From NCBI GenBank assembly GCA_030324005.1, contig JARDVH010000073.1, forward strand, positions 42,822,770 to 42,886,732: a stretch of 63,963 nt of DNA, given 5' to 3'. Of this stretch, positions 51,856 to 63,963 are shown in pieces. The notes under the pieces are model-generated. The model was not told the DNA's origin, made no database searches, and worked only from the letters and a program-made list of their open reading frames with translations. The translations under genes and the position numbers were made by a program. This DNA comes from Negaprion brevirostris. Lineage: Eukaryota. The stretch's first letter is position 1. Each line of letters opens with the position of its first letter.

Positions 51856-52197
51856 GGTGGCACAGTGGTTCACATTGCTGCCTCACAATGCCAGAGGCCC
51901 AAGGTCCAATTCCAATCTTGGGTGACTGTGTGGAGTGTGCACAATCTCCGCATGTCTGTGTGGGTTTCCTCCAGGTGCTCTGGTTTCTTCCCACACTCCA
52001 AAGATGTGCAGGTTAGGTGGATTGGCCATTATAAATTGCCCCTTAGTATTCTAAGTTTTATAGACTAGGGGGATTAGCTGGGAAATATGTAGGGTTACGG
52101 GGATAGGGCGGAGGGTGTGCGGGATCAGAAGTTCTGTCGGAGGGTTGGTGCAGACTCATTGGGCCAAAAGGCCTTCTTCTATAGGGATTCTATGATT
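51856..52197 (+). mobile_element. HE1-like SINE (tail A)
   Basis: ggtggcacagtggt head, core, tail agggattctatgatt. Confidence 0.85.
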
Positions 52198-52889
52198 TTC
52201 ATAGGTCAGGAAGGGCTTGGCTACAAATCGCATATGCACACAAACTGAGGTCAGAGTCACATTTGTGGGGATCACAGAAAAATCATATTCCCTCCTGCAT
52301 ACTAGTTCTGTAGATTTTTGAAGCCCTAACAAAATATCCCTCCTTGGAGAGTTTGTGCCCACTAGGAGAAACCCACTGAGGAGTTGGAAACATTCTGAAA
52401 TGTAAGTGAGGAATGTTGTCACTGTTAGATGCTGTGTTATAACATAGATGTGTTTTAATGCAATGATTCATCATAGGGATCTGTCCTGCATATCCCTTAC
52501 ATTGACCACCAAAATGTAAGCATTGTCATGCATTACAGAACATTTTCCATTGCAGAAAGTGCCAAATGCCTTTTAAAATGTACAAAAAAGACAATCTGCC
52601 AGCCACTGCTTTCATGGTTTGTGTTGTGATTTCAATCAACCGACAATTCTGGTTGTTAAAAAAGCAATCTTTTAGAATATTGAAAAAAAAATTCTGCACT
52701 TTCTCCTCTCTGTTGATTGATGACACTTTGTATTGAAAGGGAAATTATGTTCTATCGGTTTCAGGCAAATAGTTGGTAGCTTTTGTAATGGCATCTGTAG
52801 CCATTATGAATGCTTGGCTGGAGATATGGGTAATCTAAGGGGACATGGAGTGGCATGGGCAAAACATGGAAGCATGGGTGGCATAAGTG

Positions 52890-53250
52890 GCTGTGTATGG
52901 GGAATGAGGAGGGACAAGGGATGATGCATAGGTGGTATGTGGGGATGTAGGGGAAATGAGGAGGGATGAGGGGTGACGCATGGGTGGTTTGTGTGGGTGT
53001 ATCGGGGGGATGAGGAAGGTTGACGGGTGACCCATGGGTGGGATGTGTGGGTGTGTCGGGGGAATGAGGGGGGATGAGGGGTGATACATGTGTGGCATGT
53101 GTGGGNNNNNNNNNNNNNNNNNNNNNNNNNNNNNNNNNNNNNNNNNNNNNNNNNNNNNNNNNNNNNNNNNNNNNNNNNNNNNNNNNNNNNNNNNNNNNNN
53201 NNNNNGCGGGATGAGGGGTGACGCATGTGTGGGTGTGGAGTGGGAACGAG
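52890..53250. repeat. G-rich minisatellite with an internal gap, probably inside a GC-rich transposon-like repeat
   Basis: Recurrent gggggatgaggggtgacgcatg(ggtg)...gtgtgggtgt units. Confidence 0.7.
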
Positions 53251-53839
53251 GAGGGCTGAGAGATGAAGTTTAGGGCGCTTTTAGACAACATAGGAAGGTG
53301 AACAGCTATGCTCGAAGAGCAAGGCAAAACTTCTGACTAGCCAGCCTCTGCCCGCACACTCCTCACAAACTCTCCTGCAGCTCGTAAAATACGCTGCAAA
53401 CCTGATACCTGTGAGAAAGAACAGAACATCTCAGGCACAAAAGTATGTAAGTTTGCTTTTCTTGCTTCCACAGGAAAATTTGGCCCATGGTCAACTTGTT
53501 CAAAAAAAGAATCATAATGTTTTTCTTTATGAGAGATAACTCTTTGGAAAATAAACTATAATAAATGGAAGGGAGACAGGAAATTGTCATTTTATGTATC
53601 ATTTATTGTCGAAACAGATCATCTAACTATTCCTTCCCTTCCCCAACAATAAGATTTAAAATAAAATCCAAATCCAATCACAATACTGTTCACAATTTAC
53701 ATGAACACTCAGGTGGTTATCTAATATTGTTACATCTGAACTTACATCTGCAATGAAGTCACCATATGAATTTTGATGTCTCAACTCAGCTCCTTATTTC
53801 TGCTGCTCCTTGCCACTAGTATCATTCCTGTGTGCATCG

Positions 53840-53841
<2 letters not shown>

Positions 53842-53881
<40 letters not shown>
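53842..53881. repeat. (GT)20 microsatellite
   Basis: Read directly from the sequence. Confidence 0.95.
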
Positions 53882-53882
<1 letters not shown>

Positions 53883-53959
53883 AGTGTGAGGACTGGTTAA
53901 CATGTGAAGGATAGCAGGTTGCATGAGAATAACTAACGGAGAGAAGGCCTGTGTATGAA

Positions 53960-55250
53960 AGACATTTTTTCCTGACAGATACAATTGAATAAAGGGAACT
54001 ACAAGGTCACAAGGGAGGAGCTGAACAGACTTGCTTGGAAAGGGAGCCTAGCAGGAAAGACTGTGGAACAACAGTGGCAGGGTTTTGGGGATAATTCAAT
54101 ATAAATTCATTCCAAGAAAGAGGAAGCATGTTAAGGGAGGACGAGGCAACCATGGCTGACAAGGGAAGTCAGGGATAGCATAAAAGCAAAGGGAAGGGCA
54201 TACCGTGAGGCGAGGAATAGTGGGAAGCCAGAAGATTGAAATATGAGGGTAAACTGGCTAGTAATATAAAAGAAGGCTGCAAGAGTTTTTTTAGATATAT
54301 AAAAGATAGGGAGAGACAGAAATGGACATTGGACTGACGGAAAATGAGGCTGGAGAAGTGGTGATGGGGGACAAAGGAGTGGCAGAGGAACTGTATGGCT
54401 ACTTTCTATCAGTCTTCACAGTTATATGCCAGAACTTCAAGAGAGTCAGGGGACAGGGGCAAATGTAGTGGCCATCACTAAGGGGAAGATGCTAGAGAAG
54501 TTAAAAGGTCTGAAGGTGGATAAATCACCTGGACTGGATGGACTATGCTCCAGGGTTCTGAAGGAGATAGCTGAGGAGATTGTGGAGGCATTGGTGGTGA
54601 TCTTTCAAGGATCACGAGAGTCAGGGAAGGCCCCAGAAGACTGGAAAAAGGTTAACGTGACACCCCTGTATAAGAAGGGGGGGGGCAGAAGGTGGGAAAT
54701 TATAGGTCAGTCGTGGGTAAGATTTGGAATCCATTATTAATTGTAAAATAGAGCTGAGTCAGGATGGATTCATCAAAGGGGCATCATGTCTGACAAATCT
54801 GTTAGAAATCTTTGAGGAGATAATGATGAAGTTAGATAAAGGAGAGCCAGTGGACTGATTTATTTGGATTTTGAGAAAATTTTTGACAAGTGCCTCTCAG
54901 GAGGCTGCTAAATCAGCTAAGGTGTTAGAGGCAAGATACTGCCATGGATAGAAGATTAGATGACAGAGAATGGAGGAAAGGGGATCCTTTACAATTGGCA
55001 ACCGGTGACGAGTGGTGTTCCACAGGGATCAGTGTTGGGACCATAACTTTTCACTATATACATTAATGGCCTGGAAGATGGAACTGAGGGCATGATTGCT
55101 AAATTTGCGGATGACACAAAGGTATGTAGAGGGACAGGAGGCTGCAGAATGACTTGGACAGGCTAAGAGAGTTGCAAAGAAGTGGCAGATGGAATACAAT
55201 GTGGTAAAGTGTAAGGAGATGCACTTTGATAGGAAGGTCCAAGGAACTTG
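53960..55250 (+). mobile_element. Decayed CR1 LINE ORF2 fragment
   Basis: KVDKSPGLDGL...EIVEALVVIFQ...PEDWK; SGVPQGSVLGP, KFADDTK. Confidence 0.85.
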
Positions 55251-55689
55251 GGTGGGAATTTCCAGTCTTGGGCATGTGCGGCCAGAGAATCTCACCATCC
55301 TGTCTTCCACAAACTAATGAAAAATTATCATTAAGAATACTCTAACACCAAAGTACCAAGCATACATTTTCAACTTTATTCTGTTGCTTTGTACATGGAG
55401 TGGCAGATGGCTGAACAAGCACTGGAACATTATTTTATAGCAACAACAGTGAAGAGTAGTGAATAGTTGAAGGGTAGAATAATATTGTGCACCTCAAGAA
55501 TTGGAAGATTCCATCTGTGGAAGAGATTTGCTGATAAACTGTCCATCTTGCATACTCATCTAGCCAATGGACCTTTCACTACCGGGGACATCTTATGATG
55601 AATGATCATCTGAATGGACTACAGCAACACATTCAACACAGTAGCAGTTCAGACTTCCCTTATTATCAACTGGTTGAGTTCTTTCTCTT

Positions 55690-55995
55690 TAGTTTATTTA
55701 TTAGTGTCACATGTAGGCTTACGTTAACACTGCAATAAAGTTACTGTGAAAATCCACAATCTTCCACACTCCTGGGCCTGTTCAGATACACTGAGGGAGA
55801 ATTTAGCATGGTCAATGCACCTAACCAGTACATCTTTTGGACTGTGGGAACAAACCAGAGGACCTGGCGGAAATCCATGCAGACATGGGGAGAACATGTA
55901 GATGCTGTGCAGGCAATGGCCCAAGCCGGGAATCGAACCTGGGATCACTGGTGCTGTGAGGCAGCAAAGCTAACCACTGTGCCACTGAGCCACCC
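55690..55995 (-). mobile_element. HE1-like SINE (tail B)
   Basis: Reverse head, core and tail B. Confidence 0.85.
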
Positions 55996-57214
55996 AGTGT
56001 TCTCTTCATCACTCTGCTTAGTACCAGGATCCATTATCTTCTGTGTGTGACCTCACTTTCCCCCTTGTGGACGTGGCACCCCTCCCCTCAATATATGGTT
56101 CCATTTTCCTCACAAACTCTGGTTAAACTAAGCACCACAATTTCCCACTGTCCAGGATTACTCTTTTTTTTTCCCTCTCTTTTTGATTTGTAAAACATTA
56201 AGGGTTTGCAATATCTTCAGGAATTTACAAGGCACATCTGTGAAAAGCATTTTCTTTTTAATGGAAGCCACTGTTGTACCTCACAGTTAGTTACGCACGG
56301 TTCAAATACTTGACCATTTTACACTGACATTTATGGAGAATGATAGTCTGGAGTTTTCTTTTCAGGATTGAAAACAGTGTTGGAATTATTTGAAATTTAG
56401 CCCTGACTATCTCTTGAAAGAAAGAAATTCGAATTATGAAGAGCTGTGGTGTTTAATCTAATGGAACAACAGTACAATTCTCCACAATAGATATTAAATA
56501 TTCAGTTATTCTCCATAATCAATATGCCACACAGGTTTCTGTTTATCCAGCTGATACCACTTCTTGTGGCTTCAGACACATGAATTAATCTTGATAAAAT
56601 TAAATCAAAATTAAATGCAGCTGAATGAACACTAATGATTGAAAGAATGTTGAATGGAAACAGCCTCACCATATTCACTTTTGTACTGTATATAGTCCTC
56701 ACTCAGCTAACTCTGACTAGAGGCTGTTTTGATTTCAACAGATTCTCATATTCCCATCACTTGACTGGAGGATATTAGAAAAAAAAGCTTTTTTTCATTC
56801 TGCCCTCCGTGCATGTTTCTTACATTATGCTCTGTGGTGAGTCCCACCAGCTTCTCACCTGCTGCTACATTTATTCTGATATTTACAGCTGTCAATGGAC
56901 AAATAGGTGCCCTATTTGTATTGGGAGGATGTGAAAGTTGACAGTCCGATGCTTTATCCCATCACCAGCTACAATAATTCTCGCTGCCGTTGACCAAACT
57001 ACCTACTGTAGGATTCAATGTAATATCATTTATGGAAAGGTACTGGAAATGTTCACAAATCCAACACTTCACTGTTTACCAGACACAAATCCAAAAGAGA
57101 TCACAATATGTATCACCCGTTTAAAGTGAGAAGCAAGAAAACATAAACTTTGACAATGAAATAATTTTATCTCTTTAGTGCTGCGTCCCTGCAAAGACAA
57201 TACGTCTTGCTGTT

Positions 57215-57540
57215 TGTAGAATCCCATATTATAAAATCCCTATAGTGCCGAAGGAGGCCATTTGGCCCATAGATCCTGCAATGACAACAATCCCACCCTA
57301 TCCCCATAATCCAACATATCCACCCTGCTAATCCCCTTGACACTAAGGAGCAGTTGAGCACAGCTAATCAACCTAATCCACACATCTTTCAAGTGTGGGA
57401 GGAAACTGGAGCACCTGAAGGAAACCCACACAGACATGGGGAAAATGTGCAAACTCCACACAGTCACCCAAGGCTGGAATTGAACCGAGGTCCCTGGAGC
57501 TGTAAGGCAGCTGTGCTAACCACTATGCCACCGTGCCACC
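57215..57540 (-). mobile_element. HE1-like SINE (tail A)
   Basis: Reverse head, core and tail A. Confidence 0.85.
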
Positions 57541-58099
57541 CTCCTGGCATTGAAAACCTTGGTGCCATATGACACCCACACAGCCTTTCACTCACTACAG
57601 GCCAAGTGTGTTGTTAGTGCTGCTTCTGAATGGTGACCAAAGAAACCAAACCCTTGGCTTTATGGTTCAGTGAGGCCTCCCTGGGGATTTAAGGAAGACC
57701 AAACCAGTATCTATTCACTTCTAAGTTGTTGATGTTCACCAGGTATGTGCCATTTATATACAGCCTATTCTGTTGAAACAAATGATTCTAACTATCTGCT
57801 AACAGGTGATGAATTTGGACAGGATACCTGATTCCAGTGAGTTGGCCTTTTCATGGGCAGTTATGGATTTCAAATGAATGCAAATGTAGTTCCTGACATA
57901 GATCAATGGGCAACCTGACCTAGCTTTAACCGGCTACCAAAACCGGGAAAACAAAACTCAAAATTAATTTTCTGGCGATAGGAAATGGGTTTTTTCCATC
58001 ATGCCAGCATTAGTGCCCTTACCCACCATGATTTCTCTCTCTGGTGATCATGGGAATTTCACCCAGAGTCTGTTAGTTTTTAACAAGATTATAAACAAG

Positions 58100-58785
58100 T
58101 ATAAGAACATATAATTGAGTTAGGAACAGGAGTAGGCCATTCAGCACTCTGAGCCTGCTCCACCATTTAATAAGATCACTGCTGCCTCAGTGTCAAGGAG
58201 CCGGGTTCAATTCCGGCCTCAGGTCACTGTATGGAGTTTGCACGTTCTCCCTGTATCTGTGTGGGTTTCCTCTAGGTGCTCAGGTTTGCCCCCTCTGTCC
58301 AAAGATGTGCAGCTTAGGTTAATTGGCCATGCTAAATTGAGCGTAGTGTCAGGGGGATTAGCAGGGTAAATATTTGGGATTACGGGGTGATTGTGGTCAG
58401 TGCAGACTCGATGGGCTGAATGGCTTCCTTCTCCACTGTAAGGATTCTATGATTCTATGACTGAACTGATTGTAGCCTCAACTCCATATCTTGCCCACAG
58501 TTATAGCCTTTGAGTCCCTTGTTAATCAGGATCTATCTCACTTCAACACTTCCCAGGGGAGAGAGTGCTAAATATTCTCTGGAAAAAAATTCCCCTCATC
58601 GCCATCTTAATTGGAGACTCCTTACTTTTAAACTGGTTCTACTCTCTCCCAGAAGGTGAAACATCCTATCAGCATCCACTGTGTCAAGTTTTCTCAGGAT
58701 ATATGTTTTGATAAGACCACTTCTCGTTTTTCTGGCCTCCAATGATAACAGGCCCTGTTTATCCAAACGCTCTTCATAAGATAAC
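58100..58785 (-). mobile_element. CR1 LINE 3' fragment with a nested + strand SINE (58176-58460)
   Basis: ataagaacata...gaacaggagtaggccattcag tail; LSYEERLDKQGLLSLE on the minus strand. Confidence 0.75.
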
Positions 58786-59945
58786 TGGGGTGGTGTCAGG
58801 CTGATATCCTTTGAAGACTTACTACAACTGGGGTGCATCTTGATAGGCACGCCATGTCCATCAGATGGCCCCCCCGCTCCACTCCCCGTTCCCGGCATTT
58901 CCCCCCCCCCCCCCCCAACCGTGTCCTTTCCAACTATGCCACCCTTGCCAACCTTCCTTGCCCAGGTCTTCCAGTCTTTCCCTGGCAAGATCCTGAACTC
59001 ACCTTACAGTCTGGCTCCACCCTGGCTTATCTGGCTCTGCTCCGCGTGGTGCTGCTGTCACGAGAGTTGTTGGCCGTCTGATTGCACAGCAGCTTTCCGA
59101 GTCTGTACTTCATTCCCCCTGTGAGGGGTAGATTTCCCACCTCAAGCCAATTGATTTGCTGTTGGCTGTTGAGAGGTTGCAGAGCGAGGAACTAGCTCGC
59201 CCCTGATTTTTACACCTCCCTACAACATAAAATTCAATCTGTAGTCAGAAATAGGCCATTTGGCATGTTGTGCCTGAGTCGTACAACATATAGCTCACCA
59301 GCTGAATCCTATGTTCCAGCATTTGGTGCAATTATTGATGATTTGAGGGCTGTTTCCAAGCTGACTGCAATTTAGTGATCAGCAAGAGGTGGTCAGAGAT
59401 GAGGGAAAACTTGGTACTTTAGTCTACTTGGGCTTTTGGGTGAGGAAGGGAGATCTGCTCCATCACAGATCTCTTCCCTGATCAGGGTACAGCTCCCAAA
59501 GTCTACCTTATCCCCAATCTTTCCACGTTACCCCTCCCTCACCTACCTGCCCTAACCTGGGGCTCCTTCCCCTTTCTTAAGACTTCCTCTCCTGTCCTCG
59601 CTGCAAACTCCTGCTGCACTTATCTTTCTGCATCTGGGTCTTCAGATGCACCCAGAACTGAGACCTATGGAATTAAATGTAGTCTCCAGCAGTGGTCAGC
59701 ACTCCCTATTGGTCAATTGAGACAGAGTTGCTGGTCAATCAGGTGGCCAGCAGCTCTCTGAGGCAGGACTTCCTCCCAGGTGAAGGGTGGGAGTGCTCTT
59801 CTCCAGCCAATTAACTGACAGTGGGCAGCAATACATTCCCAGCNNNNNNNNNNCCATGTTCTTTGATGTCCAGGAGATTGTAGATTTTGGAATTACTAAA
59901 TTTTCTGGGAAATAGGATTGGCTGGCAGTCAAAAATTGGATTCAT

Positions 59946-60072
59946 GGGGCAGAATTTTACAGCCCCTCCAGCCTCAGGATTTTCCAGTGCCACCTTAGGT
60001 CAGGATACTTTTAAATGGTTTGCTGCATTTTCCAGTTCCACCCCCACCATGATGGAGCTATAAAATTCCATC
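59946..60072. mobile_element. Short MITE (Harbinger-like)
   Basis: Termini ggggcagaattttac / taaaattccatc; apparent 3-bp flank duplication (cat). Confidence 0.55.
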
Positions 60073-61589
60073 CATAGTAATTGAGTGAATCCATATTCTC
60101 CTTATTTCANNNNNNNNNNNNNNNNNNNNNNNNNNNNNNNNNNNNNNNNNNNNNNNNNNNNNNNNNNNNNNNNNNNNNNNNNNNNNNNNNNNNNNNNNNN
60201 NNNNNNNNNAAAGCAATTTGTCATATTTAAAAGTTTCCAAAACGAGTTACTTAGATATTGTTGCATTAGACTTTCTGTTTGCCTGTTATGGATTAAAGAT
60301 TTTCTGTTCATACAGGCTTAGATAAAATAGTGATGGATTCCTTTACCCCTTTCCTGAGATATTAACTTGTCTTTTACAGATGCAGAATAGTGCCTGGATA
60401 TGGAGAGAAGAGGAGCAAAGAGGGAACCATTGAAATACAGCAAGAGGATCATCCCAGTGACACATCTGTAGAGTGATGTAGCGGATAGAGGACATGGTGC
60501 TTGATCTTGGTCCTGACTGTACAGATATTCCCAAAACAGACTGAACTAGTAGCTCATGTGATCGAGTGTCTGGTAGTCAAGTGCAATATTGGGAAAACGT
60601 GTTTACTCAAACTGAATGTGACGTGTAAGCAATAGTCTTCATGTAGAACAAAACCACAGTAAACTGTGTGTACTCCAGAATACTCATCGTTACCTGGTCA
60701 TTAGTGTTCCTCAAGGTTGTGCAGAGTTAAATTTCCATATCCTGGGCACACTCGCCATCTTTTTACCGACTTTCCGATTGCATGGTGAATGAACTATAGC
60801 TGGGTGTGTTTTCATACTGGACTGATGTAACTTCCAAACAGCTTCACTCTCACTCTATAGGATATCACAAAAATACTCAAGCCTTAGAATACATTTTGAA
60901 ATAGCTCTGTTTTAAGCATCTATAACTTGCAATTTCCAAAAAATCCACCTGGTATTTTACCTTTAGCTGCAGTTCCCATTAGCATCACTGTGCTAATGCT
61001 GCTGTGTGCGCCCACGGCAATGTTACATGACAAGAAGAGGTGTTTCTACAGCCATATGACACTAGAACAAGGTTATATAATAGGGTCAGCTGACAGGAAG
61101 AGGGTTTAACTGAAAGATAATGCCACCGGTTTTACAGAATTTCTTGAGGTGAATTATAGAATGCGCATTTATTGACTATTGCCTTTATCTGTTTGATTGC
61201 TTTGTCACACAATTATATTCATCCAAAAACAACAAGGGGGCCACAATTTCTGCAAATTGTTCTTTATTATTCAAAGTGTAGACATTCATTTCAAGTGGTG
61301 GTGTGAAATGGGAAGTAATGGATCAGGCACCTATTGAAAATAGTGCCCTGTGTTCAGTACTAATTGCAGCCAGTGGAATTAAATACCAGGTGCTGCTTAT
61401 ATTGCCTGCTTTGAACCANNNNNNNNNNNNNNNNNNNNNNNNNNNNNNAGCCCTAACCGTTCTATCACTCTCACAACCAATTTGTTATCTGTTTCCAGAT
61501 TCCTACTGTCCTGATCTCTCATCCCTCAACTTGATAACTCAGGCCTTGCCAGGACTTACCTTACACCAAGGATATTGTGGCATGATTTG

Positions 61590-63963
61590 GTGGAGATTAC
61601 TATGATAAGGTATGATTACAAGGAGACCAGGTCTGGGAGCTGAATATCCATGGGTACTCAGTGTTTCGAAAGATGGCAGAAAGGAAATGGAGGTGGTTTG
61701 GTTTGTCAGTAAAGGAAGGGATCAATGCTGTAGTGAGAATGATATAAGCACTGGAGATCAAGACATAGAATTAGTGTGGGTAGAAATAATAAATAACAAA
61801 GGAAAGGGATCCATGGTGGGATTAATCTATGGGCTTCTGAATAGTAGTTCCACAGTAGAACACAATATAAAACAGGAAATACTGGGGACTTGTAAGAAAG
61901 GTACAACAATAATCATGGGTAATTTTAATATACATATAGACTGGTTTAATCAAACCTTGGGAGAGTTCATAGACTGCATTGAAATTGTTTCTTTAACAGT
62001 ATGTTATTGAACGAACCAGGGAGCATGTTATTTTGGATTTAGTATTGTATAATGGAATGGGTTAATTAATGATTTGTAGTAAAGGATCCTCTCAGGAAAA
62101 GTGATCATTGCATGCTTGAATTTCAATTTCCGTTTGAGGGCACTAAAATTGAGTCCCACACTAGTGTCCTGGTATTAAACCAAGGTAATTACATAGGCAT
62201 AAGAAAAGATTTGACCCTAGTGAACTGAGAAGAAAGATTAAAAATAGGACAGTTGACGAACAGAGCAGACATTTGAAGAGATGTTCAATACCTTCCAATT
62301 AAAATATATTCCAGACAGGAAGAAAGACTGTACAGGGGGAAAATACATCTGTGGCTAAGCAAATAGGTTAAAGATAACATAAAGGCAAAAACTAGGTATA
62401 CTATATTTCAAAGGTCAGTGGCAGGCTGGAAGATTGGGAAACGTTTGAAGACCAAAAAAAGAGCTACTAAAAAAGAGCAAAGGTAAGCTATGAAAGAAAT
62501 CGAGCGCAAAACATATATAAAAAGGAAGAGAGTAGCTAAGGTTATTGTTGGGCCCTTAGAGAACAAGATTGGGAGTTAATAGTGGAGAACACGCAGGGTA
62601 GAATAGGTGTGGGGTGATGGCGGCGCGGGCTCGTTGGGCCGAAGGGCCTGTTTCCCGTGCTGGGNNNNNNNNNNNNNNNNNNNNNNNNNNNNNNNNNNNN
62701 NNNNNNNNNNNNNNNNNNNNNNNNNNNNNNNNNNNNNNNNNNNNNNNNNNNNNNNNNNNNNNNNNNNNNNNNNNNNNNNNNNNNNNNNNNNNNNNNNNNN
62801 NNNNNNNNNNNNNNNNNNNNNNNNNNNNNNNNNNNNNNNNNNNNNNNNNNNNNNNNNNNNNNNNNNNNNNNNNNNNNNNNNNNNNNNNNNNNNNNNNNNN
62901 NNNNNNNNNNNNNNNNNNNNNNNNNNNNNNNNNNNNNNNNNNNNNNNNNNNNNNNNNNNNNNNNNNNNNNNNNNNNNNNNNNNNNNNNNNNNNNNNNNNN
63001 NNNNNNNNNNNNNNNNNNNNNNNNNNNNNNNNNNNNNNNNNNNNNNNNNNNNNNNNNNNNNNNNNNNNNNNNNNNNNNNNNNNNNNNNNNNNNNNNNNNN
63101 NNNNNNNNNNNNNNNNNNNNNNNNNNNNNNNNNNNNNNNNNNNNNNNNNNNNNNNNNNNNNNNNNNNNNNNNNNNNNNNNNNNNNNNNNNNNNNNNNNNN
63201 NNNNNNNNNNNNNNNNNNNNNNNNNNNNNNNNNNNCAAGAGAAAGCAGAGAGTGAGAATGAGTAGGTCCTTTGCTAACTGGCAAGTGTAACTAATGGAGT
63301 GCCACAGGGCTCCAACCTTGGGTCCTAACTATTTACAATCTATATTAATGACTCTGACGCAAGGACAGAATTATTAGCACTGGTTGGCACTGCTGCCTCA
63401 TAACACCAGGGACCTGGGTTCGATTCCTGGCTTGGGTCACTGTCTGTGTGGAGTTTATCCATTTTCCCCGTGTCTGCATAGGTTTCCTCCAGGTACTCCG
63501 GTTCACCCAACTGTCTGAAAGACATGTTGGTTTGGTGCATTGGCCATGCTAAATTCTCCCTCAGTGTACCCAAACAGGTGCCGGAGTGTGGCGACTATGA
63601 GAATTTTCACAGTAACTTTATTGCAGTGTTACTGTAAGCCTACTTGTGACACCAAAAAATATAAACTTTAAAACTTTAAAAACTTTAGAATGTATTGTAG
63701 CCAAATTTGCAGTTGACACTAAAATAGGTGGGAAAGCCAGCTGCAATGAAGAACTAAGAAATTTACAAATAGATATGGATAGCTTAGGAGAGTGGACTAA
63801 TACTCAGCCGATGGAATTTAACGTGGCCAAATATGAGGTTACACATTTTGGTCAGAGGAATAAAAGGGCAACTTGTTATCTAAATGAGGAGAAACTGCAA
63901 AGTGTTTCAGTGCAGAGGGATCTGGATGTCTTTGTGCATGAATCACAGAAAGTTAATATGCAG
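61590..63963 (+). mobile_element. Long decayed CR1 LINE (endonuclease to RT) with a gap and a nested SINE (tail B, 63372-63688); runs off the window
   Basis: APE remnants IELVWVEI...TIIMGNFN...IDW, G(K)SDH; RT GVPQGSNLGP, YINDSD, KFAVDTKIGG. Confidence 0.85.

Noticed and set aside
53455-56370. Candidate acceptors for the terminal SHISAL1 exon (ttccacAG at ~53472, cttttcAG at ~56365)
   Set aside because: Both are followed by G, not the A needed to complete TGA, and nothing else supports them.
62556-63290. Longest ORFs in the track (200-240 aa)
   Set aside because: Made almost entirely of N-derived X residues.

Overview
Repeat-rich eukaryotic genomic DNA, most likely from a shark or other elasmobranch (HE1/V-SINE-like SINEs, CR1/HER1-like LINEs, Deu-domain SINE, Penelope-like termini), from a scaffolded assembly with many N gaps. 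The one host gene I can support is a + strand SHISAL1 (KIAA1644, Shisa-like 1) orthologue with three coding exons at 21225-21291, 23728-24047 and 45820-46131. The middle exon is split by an artefactual 100-N gap; once it is closed, the exons splice in phase to a 197-aa single-pass membrane protein whose stop codon appears to be split by a further intron. The rest is intronic or flanking DNA. It holds a decayed Gypsy LTR element with a precisely bounded 4.85-kb composite insert in its RT, many CR1 and other LINE fragments, about 20 SINEs with two alternative 3' tails, GC-rich Harbinger-like MITEs, and Penelope-like pieces. The Penelope-like pieces include a partial-tandem copy with a GIY-YIG remnant and several short fold-back elements carrying decayed minimal hammerhead-ribozyme motifs. 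Almost all ORFs in the supplied track are spurious or TE remnants. Family names and comparisons to human SHISAL1 come from recall, not from a database search.
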